This document shows positions 30,001 through 45,000 of a DNA stretch of 64,000 nucleotides, in pieces. The notes beneath the pieces were generated by a model. It searched no databases. It saw only the letters and a program-made list of their open reading frames with translations, and had not been told where the DNA came from. How positions within the stretch are numbered: position 1 is the first letter of the stretch; each line of letters opens with the position of its first letter. The stretch is from Eledone cirrhosa (taxonomy: Eukaryota): NCBI GenBank assembly GCA_964016885.1, contig OZ024743.1, positions 46,438,001 to 46,502,000 on the forward strand. Reading direction: 5' to 3'. The translations under genes and the position numbers were made by a program.

Positions 30001-33000
30001 ACTAGTGGTGGACATGATATCTGGTTTGTGACTAGTGGTGGACATGATATCTGGTTCATGACTACTGGTGGACATGATATCTGGTTCATGACTAGTGGTG
30101 GACATGATATCTGGTTTGTGACTACTGGTGGACATATTATCCGGTTCATGACTAGTGGTGGACATGATATCTGGTTTGTGACTAGTGGTGGACATGATGT
30201 CTGTTTTGTGACTAGTGGTGGACATGATATCTGGTTCATGACTAGTGGTGGACATGATATCTGGTTTGTGACTACTGATGGACATGATATCTGGTTCATG
30301 ACTCGTGGTGGACATGATATCTGGTTTGTGACTAGTGGTGGACATGATATCTGGTTTGTGACTACTGATGGACATGATATCTGGTTTGTGACTAGTGGTG
30401 GACATGATATCTGGTTCATGACTAGTGGTGGACATGATATATGGTTTGTGACTAGTGGTGGACATGATATCTGGTTTGTGACTAGTGGTGGACATGATAT
30501 CTGGTTCATGACTACTGGTGGACATTTTATATGGTTCATGACTAGTGGTGGACATGATATCTGGTTTGTGACTAGTGGTGGGCATGATATCTGGTTCATG
30601 ACTAGTGGTGGACATGATATCTGGTTTGTGACTAGTGGTGGACATGATATCTGGTTCATGACTACTGGTTGACATGATATCCGGTTCATGACTAGTGGTG
30701 GACATGATATCTGGTTCATGACTAGTGGTGGACATGATATCTGGTTTGTGACTAGTGGTGGACATGATATCTGGTTTGTGACTAGTGGTGGACATGATAT
30801 CTGGTTCATGACTAGTGGTGGACATGATATCTGGTTTGTGACTAGTGGTGGACATGATATCTGGTTTGTGACTACTGGTGGACATGATATCTGGTTTGTG
30901 ACTAGTGGTGGACATGATATCTGGTTCATGACTACTGGTGGACATGATATCTGGTTCATGACTAGTGGTGGACATGATATCTGGTTTGTGACTACTGGTG
31001 GACATATTATCTGGTTCATGACTAGTGGTGGACATGATATCTGGTTTGTGACTAGTGGTGGACATGATATCTGGTTTGTGACTAGTGGTGGACATGATAT
31101 CTGGTTTGTGACTAGTGGTGGACATGATATCTGTTTTGTGACTAGTGGTGGACATGATATCTGGTTCATGACTAGTGGTGGACATGATATCTGGTTTGTG
31201 ACTACTGATGGACATGATATCTGGTTCATGACTAGTGGTGGACATGATATCTGGTTTGTGACTAGTGGTGGACATGATATCTGGTTTGTGACTACTGATG
31301 GACATGATATCTGGTTTGTGACTAGTGGTGGACATGATATCTGGTTTGTGACTAGTGGTGGACATGATATCTGGTTTGTGACTACTGATGGACATGATAT
31401 CTGGTTTGTGACTAGTGGTGGGCATGATATCTGGTTCATGACTAGTGGTGGACTGATATCTGGTTTGTGACTAGTGGTGGACATGATATCTGGTTCATGA
31501 CTACTGATGGACATGATATCTGGTTCATGACTACTGATGGACATGATATCTGGTTCATAACTAGTGGTGGACATGATATCTGGTTTGTGACTAGTGGTGG
31601 ACATGATATCTGGTTCATGACTAGTGGTGGACATGATATCTGGTTTGTGACTAGTGGTGGGCATGATATCTGGTTTGTGACTAGTGGTGGACATGATATC
31701 TGGTTTGTGACTAGTGGTGGACATGAAATCTGGTTCATGACTGGTGGTGGACATGATATCTGGTTCATGACTAGTGGTGGACATGATATCTGGTTCATGA
31801 CTAGTGGTGGAAATGATATCTGGTTTGTGACTAGTGGTGGGCATGATATCTAGTTCATGACTAGTGGTGGACATGATATCTGGTTTGTGACTAGTGGTGG
31901 ACATGATATCTGGTTGGTGACTAGTGGTGGACATGATATCTGGTTCATGACTAGTGGTGGACATGATATGTGGTTCATGACTAGTGCTGGACATGATATC
32001 TGGTTTGTGACTAGTGGTGGGCATGATATCTGGTTCATGACTAGTGGTGGACATGATATGTGGTTCATGACTAGTGGTGGACATGATATCTGGTTTGTGA
32101 CTAGAGGTGGGCATGATATCTGGTTCATGACTAGTGGTGGACATGATATCTGGTTTGTGACTAGTGGTGGGCATGATATCTGGTTCATGACTAGTGGTGG
32201 ACATGATATCTGGTTCATGACTAGTGGTGGACATGATATCTTGTTCATGACTAGTGGTGGACATGATATCTGGTTTGTGACTAGTGGTGGACATGATATC
32301 TGGTTCATGACTACTGGTGGACATGATATCTGGTTTGTGACTAGTGGTGGGCATGATATCTGGTTCATGACTAGTGGTGGACATGATATCTGGTTTGTGA
32401 CTAGTGGTGGACATGATATCTGGTTCATGACTAGTGGTGGGCATGATATCTGGTTTGTGACTAGTGGTGGGCATGATATCTGGTTCATGACTAGTGGTGG
32501 ACATGATATCTGGTTTGTGACTAGTGGTGGACATGATATCTGGTTCATGACTACTGGTGGACATGATATCTGGTTTGTGACTAGTGGTGGGCATGATATC
32601 TGGTTCATGACTAGTGGTGGACATGATATCTGGTTTGTGACTAGTGGTGGATATGATATCTGGTTCATGACTAGTGGTGGACATGATATCTGGTTTGTGA
32701 CTAGTGGTGGGCATTATATCTGGTTCATGACTAGTGGTGGACATGATATCTGGTTCATGACTAGTGGTGGACATGATATCTGGTTCATGACTAGTGGTGG
32801 ACATGATATCTGGTTTGTGACTAGTGGTGGATATGATATCTGGTTTGTGACTAGTGGTGGACATGATATCTGGTTTGTGACTAGTGGTGGACATGATATC
32901 TGGTTCATGACTACTGGTGGACATGATATCTGGTTCATGACTAGTGGTGGACATGATATCTGGTTTGTGACTAGTGGAGGGCATGATATCTGGTTCATGA

Positions 33001-36000
33001 CTAGTAGTGGACATGATATCTGGTTCATGACTAGTGGTGGACATGATATCTGGTTTGTGACTAGTGGTGGGCATGATATCTGGTTCATGACTAGTGGTGG
33101 ACATGATATCTGGTTCATGACTAGTGGTGGACATGATATCTGGCTCATGACTAGTGGTGGACATGATATCTGATTTGTGACTAGTGGTGGGCATGATATC
33201 TGGTTCATGACTAGTGGTGGACATGATATCTGGTTTGTGACTAGTGGTGGACATGATATCTGGTTTGTGACTAGTGGTGGACATGATTTCTGGTTTGTGA
33301 CTAGTGGTGGACATGATATCTGGTTCATGACTACTGGTGGACATGATATCTGGTTCATGACTAGTGGTCGACATGATATCTGGTTTGTGACTAGTGGTGG
33401 GCATGATATCTGGTTCATGACTAGTGGTGGACATGATATCTGGTTTGTGACTAGTGGTGGACATGATATCTGGTTTGTGACTAGTGGTGGACATGATATC
33501 TGGTTTGTGACTAGTGGTGGACATGATATCTGGTTCATGACTACTGGTGGACATGATATCCGGTTCATGACTAGTGGTGGACATGGTATCTGGTTTGTGA
33601 CTAGTGATGGACATGATATCTGGTTCATGACTAGTGGTGGACATGATATCTGGTTTGTGACTAGTGGTGGACATGATATCTGTTTTGTGACTAGTGGTGG
33701 ACATGATATCTGGTTCATGACTAGTGGTGGACATGATATCTGGTTCATGACTAGTGGTGGACATGATATCTGGTTTGTGACTAGTGGTGGATATGATATC
33801 TGGTTTGTGACTAGTGGTGGACATGATATCTGGTTTGTGACTAGTGGTGGACATGATATCTGGTTCATGACTACTGGTGGACATGATATCTGGTTCATGA
33901 CTAGTGGTGGACATGATATCTGGTTTGTGACTAGTGGTGGGCATGATATCTGGTTCATGACTAGTAGTGGACATGATATCTGGTTCATGACTAGTGGTGG
34001 ACATGATATCTGGTTTGTGACTAGTGGTGGGCATGATATCTGGTTCATGACTAGTGGTGGACATGATATCTGGTTCATGACTAGTGGTGGACATGATATC
34101 TGGCTCATGACTAGTGGTGGACATGATATCTGGTTTGTGACTAGTGGTGGGCATGATATCTGGTTCATGACTAGTGGTGGACATGATATCTGGTTTGTGA
34201 CTAGTGGTGGACATGATATCTGGTTCATGACTACTGGTTGACATGATATCCGGTTCATGACTAGTGGTGGACATGATATCTGGTTCATGACTAGTGGTGG
34301 ACATGATATCTGGTTTGTGACTAGTGGTGGACATGATATCTGGTTTGTGACTAGTGGTGGACATGATATCTGGTTCATGACTAGTGGTGGACATGATATC
34401 TGGTTTGTGACTAGTGGTGGACATGATATCTGGTTTGTGACTACTGGTGGACATGATATCTGGTTTGTGACTAGTGGTGGACATGATATCTGGTTTGTGA
34501 CTAGTGGTGGACATGATATCTGGTTCATGACTACTGGTGGACATGATATCTGGTTCATGACTAGTGGTGGACATGATATCTGGTTTGTGACTACTGGTGG
34601 ACATATTATCCGGTTCATGACTAGTGGTGGACATGATATCTGGTTTGTGACTAGTGGTGGACATGATGTCTGTTTTGTGACTAGTGGTGGACATGATATC
34701 TGGTTCATGACTAGTGGTGGACATGATATCTGCTTTGTGACTACTGATGGACATGATATCTGGTTCATGACTCGTGGTGGACATGATATCTGGTTTGTGA
34801 CTAGTGGTGGACATGATATCTGGTTTGTGACTACTGATGGACATGATATCTGGTTTGTGACTAGTGGTGGACATGATATCTGGTTCATGACTAGTGGTGG
34901 ACATGATATCTGGTTTGTGACTAGTGGTGGACATGATATCTGGTTTGTGACTAGTGGTGGACATGATATCTGGTTCATGACTAGTGGTGGACATGATATC
35001 TGGTTTGTGACTAGTGGTGGGCATGATATCTGGTTCATGACTAGTGGTGGACATGATATCTGGTTTGTGACTAGTGGTGGACATGATATCTGGTTCATGA
35101 CTACTGGTTGACATGATATCCGGTTCATGACTAGTGGTGGACATGATATCTGGTTCATGACTAGTGGTGGACATGATATCTGGTTTGTGACTAGTGGTGG
35201 ACATGATATCTGGTTTGTGACTAGTGGTGGACATGATATCTGGTTCATGACTAGTGGTGGACATGATATCTGGTTTGTGACTAGTGGTGGACATGATATC
35301 TGGTTTGTGACTACTGGTGGACATGATATCTGGTTTGTGACTAGTGGTGGACATGATATCTGGTTTGTGACTAGTGGTGGACATGATATCTGGTTCATGA
35401 CTACTGGTGGACATGATATCTGGTTCATGTCTAGTGGTGGACATGATATCTGGGTTGTGACTACTGGTGGACATATTATCCGGTTCATGACTGGTGGTGG
35501 ACATGATATCTGGTTTGTGACTAGTGGTGGACATGATATCTGGTTTGTGACTAGTGGTGGACATGATATCTGGTTTGTGACTAGTGGTGGACATGATATC
35601 TGTTTTGTGACTAGTGGTGGACATGATATCTGGTTCATGACTAGTGGTGGACATGATATCTGGTTTGTGACTACTGATGGACATGATATCTGGTTCATGA
35701 CTAGTGGTGGACATGATATCTGGTTTGTGACTAGTGGTGGACATGATATCTGGTTTGTGACTACTGATGGACATGATATCTGGTTTATGACTAGTGGTGG
35801 ACATGATATCTGGTTTGTGACTAGTGGTGGACATGATATCTGGTTTGTGACTACTGATGGACATGATATCTGGTTTGTGACTAGTGGTGGGCATGATATC
35901 TGGTTCATGACTAGTGGTGGACATGATATCTGGTTTGTGACTAGTGGTGGACATGATATCTGGTTCATGACTACTGATGGACATGATATCTGGTTCATGA

Positions 36001-39000
36001 CTACTGATGGACATGATATCTGGTTCATGACTAGTGGTGGACATGATATCTGGTTTGTGACTAGTGGTGGACATGATATCTTGTTCATGACTAGTGGTGG
36101 ACATAATATCTGGTTTGTGACTAGTGGTGGGCATGATATCTGGTTTGTGACTAGTGGTGGACATGATATCTGGTTTGTGACTAGTGGTGGACATGATATC
36201 TGGTTCATGACTAGTGGTGGACATGATATCTGGTTCATGACTAGTGGTGGACATGATATCTGGTTCATGACTAGTGGTGGACATGATATCTGGTTTGTGA
36301 CTAGTGGTGGGCATGATATCTGGTTCATGACTAGTGGTGGACATGATATCTGGTTTGTGACTAGTGGTGGGCATGATATCTGGTTCATGACTAGTGGTGG
36401 ACATGATATCTGGTTCATGACTAGTGGTGGACATGATATCTGGTTTGTGACTAGTGGTGGGCATGATATCTGGTTCATGACTAGTGGTGGACATGATATC
36501 TGGTTCATGACTAGTGGTGAACATGATATCTGGTTCATGACTAGTGGTGGACATGATATCTGGTTTGTGACTAGTGGTGGGCATGATATCTGGTTCATGA
36601 CTACTGGTGGACATGATATCTGGTTTGTGACTAGTGGTGGACATGATATCTGGTTTGTGACTAGTGGTGGGCATGATATCTGGTTCCTGACTAGTGGTGG
36701 ACATGATATCTGGTTCATGACTAGTGGTGGACTTGATATCTGGTTCATGACTAGTGGTGGACATGATATCTGGTTTGTGACTAGTGGTGGACATGATATC
36801 TGGTTTGTGACTAGTGGTGGACATGATATCTGGTTTGTGACTAGTGGTGGACATGATATCTGGTTCATGACTAGTGGTGGACATGATATCTGGTTCATGA
36901 CTAGTGGTGGACATGATATCTGGTTTGTGACTAGTGGTGGACATGATATCTGGTTTGTGACTAGTGGTGGACATGATATCTGGTTCATGACTACTGGTGG
37001 ACATGATATCTGGTTCATGACTAGTGGTGGACATGATATCTGGTTTGTGACTACTGGTGGACATATTATCCGGTTCATGACTAGTGGTGGACATGATATC
37101 TGGTTTGTGACTAGTGGTGGACATGATATCTGGTTTGTGACTAGTGGTGGACATGATATCTGGTTTGTGACTAGTGGTGGACATGATATCTGTTTTGTGA
37201 CTAGTGGTGGACATGATATCTGGTTCATGACTAGTGGTGGACATGATATCTGGTTTGTGACTACTGATGGACATGATATCTGGTTCATGACTAGTGGTGG
37301 ACATGATATCTGGTTTGTGACTAGTGGTGGACATGATATCTGGTTTGTGACTACTGATGGACATGATATCTGGTTTGTGACTAGTGGTGGACATGATATC
37401 TGGTTTGTGACTAGTGGTGGACATGATATCTGGTTCATGACTAGTGGTGGACTGATATCTGGTTTGTGACTAGTGGTGGACATGATATCTGGTTCATGAC
37501 TACTGATGGACATGATATCTGGTTCATGACTAGTGGTGGACATGATATCTGGTTTGTGACTACTGATGGACATGATATCTGGTTCATGACTAGTGGTGGA
37601 CATGATATCTGGTTTGTGACTAGTGGTGGACATGATATCTGGTTTGTGACTACTGATGGACATGATATCTGGTTTGTGACTAGTGGTGGACATGATATCT
37701 GGTTTGTGACTAGTGGTGGACATGATATCTGGTTTGTGACTAGTGGTGGACATGATATCTGGTTTGTGACTAGTGGTGGGCATGATATCTGGTTCATGAC
37801 TAGTGGTGGATATGATATCTGGTTTGTGACTAGTGGTGGACATGATATCTGGTTCATGACTACTGATGGACATGATATCTGGTTCATGACTACTGATGGA
37901 CATGATATCTGGTTCATAACTAGTGGTGGACATGATATCTGGTTTGTGACTACTGGTGGACATGATATCTGGTTCATGACTAGTGGTGGACATGATATCT
38001 GGTTCATGACTATTGGTTGACATGATATCTGGTTTGTGACTAGTGGTGGACATCATATCTGGTTCATGACTACTGGTTGACATGATATCCGGTTCATGAC
38101 AAGTGGTGGACATGATATCTGGTTCATGACTAGTGGTGGACATGATATCTGGTTTGTGACTAGTGGTGGACATGATATCTGGTTTGTGACTAGTGGTGGA
38201 CATGATATCTGGTTCATGACTAGTGGTGGACATGATATCTGGTTTGTGACTAGTGGTGGACATGATATCTGGTTTGTGACTACTGGTGGACATGATATCT
38301 GGTTTGTGACTAGTGGTGGACATGATATCTGGTTTGTGACTAGTGGTGGACATGATATCTGGTTCATGACTACTGGTGGACATGATATCTGGTTCATGAC
38401 TAGTGGTGGACATGATATCTGGTTTGTGACTACTGGTGGACATATTATCCGGTTCATGACTAGTGGTGGACATGATATCTGGTTTGTGACTAGTGGTGGA
38501 CATGATGTCTGTTTTGTGACTAGTGGTGGACATGATATCTGGTTCATGACTAGTGGTGGACATGATATCTGGTTTGTGACTACTGATGGACATGATATCT
38601 GGTTCATGACTAGTGGTGGACATGATATCTGGTTTGTGACTAGTGGTGGACATGATATCTGGTTTGTGACTAGTGGTGGACATGATATCTGGTTCATGAC
38701 TACTGGTGGACATGATATCTGGTTCATGACTAGTGGTGGACATGATATCTGGTTTGTGACTAGTGGTGGGCATGATATCTGGTTCATGACTAGTGGTGGA
38801 CATGATATCTGGTTTGTGACTAGTGGTGGACATGATATCTGGTTCATGACTACTGGTTGACATGATATCCGGTTCATGACTAGTGGTGGACATGATATCT
38901 GGTTCATGACTAGTGGGGGACATGATATCTGGTTTGTGACTAGTGGTGGACATGATATCTGGTTTGTGACTAGTGGTGGACATGATATCTGGTTCATGAC

Positions 39001-42000
39001 TAGTGGTGGACATGATATCTGGTTTGTGACTAGTGGTGGACATGATATCTGGTTTGTGACTACTGGTGGACATGATATCTGGTTTGTGACTAGTGGTGGA
39101 CATGATATCTGGTTTGTGACTAGTGGTGGACATGATATCTGGTTCATGACTACTGGTGGACATGATATCTGGTTCATGACTAGTGGTGGACATGATATCT
39201 GGTTTGTGACTACTGGTGGACATATTATCCGGTTCATGACTGGTGGTGGACATGATATCTGGTTTGTGACTAGTGGTGGACATGATATCTGGTTTGTGAC
39301 TAGTGGTGGACATGATATCTGGTTTGTGACTAGTGGTGGACATGATATCTGTTTTGTGACTAGTGGTGGACATGATATCTGGTTCATGACTAGTGGTGGA
39401 CATGATATCTGGTTTGTGACTACTGATGGACATGATATCTGGTTCATGACTAGTGGTGGACATGATATCTGGTTTGTGACTAGTGGTGGACATGATATCT
39501 GGTTTGTGACTACTGATGGACATGATATCTGGTTTGTGACTAGTGGTGGACATGATATCTGGTTTGTGACTAGTGGTGGACATGATATCTGATTTGTGAC
39601 TACTGATGGACATGATATCTGGTTTGTTACTAGTGGTGGGCATGATATCTGGTTCATGACTAGTGGTGGACATGATATCTGGTTTGTGACTAGTGGTGGA
39701 CATGATATCTGGTTCATGACTACTGATGGACATGATATCTGGTTCATGACTACTGATGGACATGATATCTGGTTCATGACTAGTGGTGGACATGATATCT
39801 GGTTTGTGACTAGTGGTGGACATGATATCTGGTTCATGACTAGTGGTGGACATAATATCTGGTTTGAGACTAGTGGTGGGCATGATATCTGGTTTGTGAC
39901 TAGTGGTGGACATGATATCTGGTTTGTGACTAGTGGTGGACATGATATCTGGTTCATGACTAGTGGTGGACATGATATCTGGTTCATGACTAGTGGTGGA
40001 CATGATATCTGGTTCATGACTAGTGGTGGACATGATATCTGGTTTGTGACTAGTGGTGGGCATGATATCTGGTTCATGACTAGTGGTGGACATGATATCT
40101 GGTTTGTGACTAGTGGTGGGCATGATATCTGGTTCATGACTAGTGGTGGACATGATATCTGGTTCATGACTAGTGGTGGACATGATATCTGGTTTGTGAC
40201 TAGTGGTGGGCATGATATCTGGTTCATGACTAGTGGTGGACATGATATCTGGTTCATGACTAGTGGTGGACATGATATCTGGTTCATGACTAGTGGTGGA
40301 CATGATATCTGGTTTGTGACTAGTGGTGGGCATGATATCTGGTTCATGACTACTGGTGGACATGATATCTGGTTTGTGACTAGTGGTGGACATAATATCT
40401 GGTTTGTGACTAGTGGTGGGCATGATATCTGGTTCCTGACTAGTGGTGGACATGATATCTGGTTCATGACTAGTGGTGGACATGATATCTGGTTCATGAT
40501 TAGTGGTGGACATGAAATCTGGTTCATGACTAGTGGTGGACATGATATCTGGTTTGTGACTAGTGGTGGGCATGATATCTGGTTCATGACTAGTGGTGGA
40601 CATGATATCTGGTTTGTGACTAGTGGTGGACATGATATCTGGTTCATGACTACTGGTTGACATGATATCCGGTTCATGACTAGTGGTGGACATGATATCT
40701 GGTTCATGACTAGTGGTGGACATGATATCTGGTTTGTGACTTGTGGTGGACATGATATCTGGTTTGTGACTAGTGGTGGACATGATATCTGGTTCATGAC
40801 TAGTGGTGGACATGATATCTGGTTTGTGACTAGTGGTGGACATGATATCTGGTTTGTGACTACTGGTGGACATGATATCTGGTTTGTGACTAGTGGTGGA
40901 CATGATATCTGGTTTGTGACTAGTGGTGGACATGATATCTGGTTCATGACTACTGGTGGACATGATATCTGGTTCATGACTAGTGGTGGACATGATATCT
41001 GGTTTGTGACTACTGGTGGACATATTATCCGGTTCATGACTAGTGGTGGACATGATATCTGGTTTGTGACTAGTGGTGGACATGATATCTGGTTTGTGAC
41101 TAGTGGTGGACATGATATCTGGTTTGTGACTAGTGGTGGACATGATATCTGTTTTGTGACTAGTGGTGGACATGATATCTGGTTCATGACTAGTGGTGGA
41201 CATGATATCTGGTTTGTGACTACTGATGGACATGATATCTGGTTCATGACTAGTGGTGGACATGATATCTGGTTTGTGACTAGTGGTGGACATGATATCT
41301 GGTTTGTGACTACTGATGGACATGATATCTGGTTTGTGACTAGTGGTGGACATGATATCTGGTTTGTGACTAGTGGTGGACATGATATCTGGTTTGTGAC
41401 TAGTGGTGGACATGATATCTGGTTTGTGACTAGTGGTGGGCATGATATCTGGTTCATGACTAGTGGTGGACATGATATCTGGTTTGTGACTAGTGGTGGA
41501 CATGATATCTGGTTCATGAATACTGATGGACATGATATCTGGTTCATGACTACTGATGGACATGATATCTGGTTCATAACTAGTGGTGGACATGATATCT
41601 GGTTTGTGACTAGTGGTGGACATGATATCTGGTTCATGACTAGTGGTGGACATGATATCTGGTTAGTGACTAGTGGTGGGCATGATATCTGGTTTGTGAC
41701 TAGTGGTGGACATGATATCTGGTTTGTGACTAGTGGTGGACATGATATCTGGTTCATGACTAGTGGTGGACATGATATCTGATTCATGACTAGTGGTGGA
41801 CATGATATCTGGTTCATGACTAGTGGTGGAAATGATATCTGGTTTGTGACTAGTGGTGGGCATGATATCTAATTCATGACTAGTGGTGGACATGATATCT
41901 GGTTTGTGACTAGTGGTGGACATGATATCTGGTTGGTGACTAGTGGTGGACATGATATCTGGTTCATGACTAGTGGTGGACATGATATGTGGTTCATGAC

Positions 42001-45000
42001 TAGTGGTGGACATGATATCTGGTTTGTGACTAGTGGTGGGCATGATATCTGGTTCATGACTAGTGGTGGACATGATATGTGGTTCATGACTAGTGGTGGA
42101 CATGATATCTGGTTTGTGACTAGTGGTGGGCATGATATCTGGTTCATGACTAGTGGTGGACATGATATCTGGTTTGTGACTAGTGGTGGACATGATATCT
42201 GGTTTGTGACTAGTGGTGGACATGATATCTGGTTTGTGACTAGTGGTGGACATGATATCTGTTTCATGACTACTGGTGGACATGATATCCGGTTCATGAC
42301 TAGTGGTGGACATGGTATCTGGTTTGTGACTAGTGATGGACATGATATCTGGTTTGTGACTAGTGGTGGACATGATATCTGGTTTGTGACTAGTGGTGGA
42401 CATGATATCTGGTTTGTGACTAGTGGTGGGCATGATATCTGGTTCATGACTAGTGGTGGACATGATATCTGGTTTGTGACTAGTGGTGGACATGATATCT
42501 GGTTCATGACTACTGATGGACATGATATCTGGTTCATGACTACTGATGGACATGATATCTGGTTCATAACTAGTGGTGGACATGATATCTGGTTTGTGAC
42601 TAGTGGTGGACATGATATCTGGTTCATGACTAGTGGTGGACATGATATCTGGTTCATGACTAGTGGTGGACATGATATCTGGTTTGTGACTAGTGGTGGA
42701 CATCATATCTGGTTCATGACTACTGGTTGACATGATATCCGGTTCATGACTAGTGGTGGACATGATATCTGGTTCATGACTAGTGGTGGACATGATATCT
42801 GGTTTGTGACTAGTGGTGGACATGATATCTGGTTTGTGACTAGTGGTGGACATGATATCTGGTTCATGACTAGTGGTGGACATGATATCTGGTTTGTGAC
42901 TAGTGGTGGACATGATATCTGGTTTGTGACTACTGGTGGACATGATATCTGGTTTGTGACTAGTGGTGGACATGATATCTGGTTTGTGACTAGTGGTGGA
43001 CATGATATCTGGTTCATGACTACTGGTGGACATGATATCTGGTTCATGACTAGTGGTGGACATGATATCTGGTTTGTGACTACTGGTGGACATATTATCC
43101 GGTTCATGACTAGTGGTGGACATGATATCTGGTTTGTGACTAGTGGTGGACATGATGTCTGTTTTGTGACTAGTGGTGGACATGATATCTGGTTCATGAC
43201 TAGTGGTGGACATGATATCTGGTTTGTGACTACTGATGGACATGATATCTGGTTCATGACTCGTGGTGGACATGATATCTGGTTTGTGACTAGTGGTGGA
43301 CATGATATCTGGTTTGTGACTACTGATGGACATGATATCTGGTTTGTGACTAGTGGTGGACATGATATCTGGTTCATGACTAGTGGTGGACATGATATCT
43401 GGTTTGTGACTAGTGGTGGACATGATATCTGGTTTGTGACTAGTGGTGGACATGATATCTGGTTTGTGACTAGTGGTGGACATGATATCTGGTTCATGAC
43501 TACTGGTTGACATGATATCCGGTTCATGACTAGTGGTGGACATGATATCTGGTTCATGACTAGTGGTGGACATGATATCTGGTTTGTGACTAGTGGTGGA
43601 CATGATATCTGGTTTGTGACTAGTGGTGGACATGATATCTGGTTCATGACTAGTGGTGGACATGATATCTGGTTTGTGACTAGTGGTGGACATGATATCT
43701 GGTTTGTGACTACTGGTGGACATGATATCTGGTTTGTGACTAGTGGTGGACATGATATCTGGTTTGTGACTAGTGGTGGACATGATATCTGGTTCATGAC
43801 TACTGGTGGACATGATATCTGGTTCATGACTAGTGGTGGACATGATATCTGGTTTGTGACTACTGGTGGACATATTATCCGGTTCATGACTGGTGGTGGA
43901 CATGATATCTGGTTTGTGACTAGTGGTGGACATGATATCTGGTTTGTGACTAGTGGTGGACATGATATCTGTTTTGTGACTAGTGGTGGACATGATATCT
44001 GGTTCATGACTAGTGGTGGACATGATATCTGGTTTGTGACTACTGATGGACATGATATCTGGTTCATGACTAGTGGTGGACATGATATCTGGTTTGTGAC
44101 TAGTGGTGGACATGATATCTGGTTTGTGACTACTGATGGACATGATATCTGGTTTGTGACTAGTGGTGGACATGATATCTGGTTTGTGACTAGTGGTGGA
44201 CATGATATCTGGTTTGTGACTACTGATGGACATGATATCTGGTTTGTGACTAGTGGTGGGCATGATATCTGGTTCATGACTAGTGGTGGACATGATATCT
44301 GGTTTGTGACTAGTGGTGGACATGATATCTGGTTCATGACTACTGATGGACATGATATCTGGTTCATGACTACTGATGGACATGATATCTGGTTCATGAC
44401 TAGTGGTGGACATGATATCTGGTTTGTGACTAGTGGTGGACATGATATCTGGTTCATGACTAGTGGTGGACATAATATCTGGTTTGTGACTAGTGGTGGG
44501 CATGATATCTGGTTTGTGACTAGTGGTGGACATGATATCTGGTTCATGACTAGTGGTGGACATGATATCTGGTTTGTGACTAGTGGTGGGCATGATATCT
44601 GGTTCATGACTAGTGGTGGACATGATATCTGGTTCATGACTAGTGGTGGACATGATATCTGGTTTGTGACTAGTGGTGGGCATGATATCTGGTTCATGAC
44701 TAGTGGTGGACATGATATCTGGTTCATGACTAGTGGTGGACATGATATCTGGTTCATGACTAGTGGTGGACATGATATCTGGTTTGTGACTAGTGGTGGG
44801 CATGATATCTGGTTCATGACTACTGGTGGACATGATATCTGGTTTGTGACTAGTGGTGGACATGATATCTGGTTTGTGACTAGTGGTGGGCATGATATCT
44901 GGTTCCTGACTAGTGGTGGACATGATATCTGGTTCATGACTAGTGGTGGACATGATATCTGGTTCATGACTAGTGGTGGACATGATATCTGGTTTGTGAC

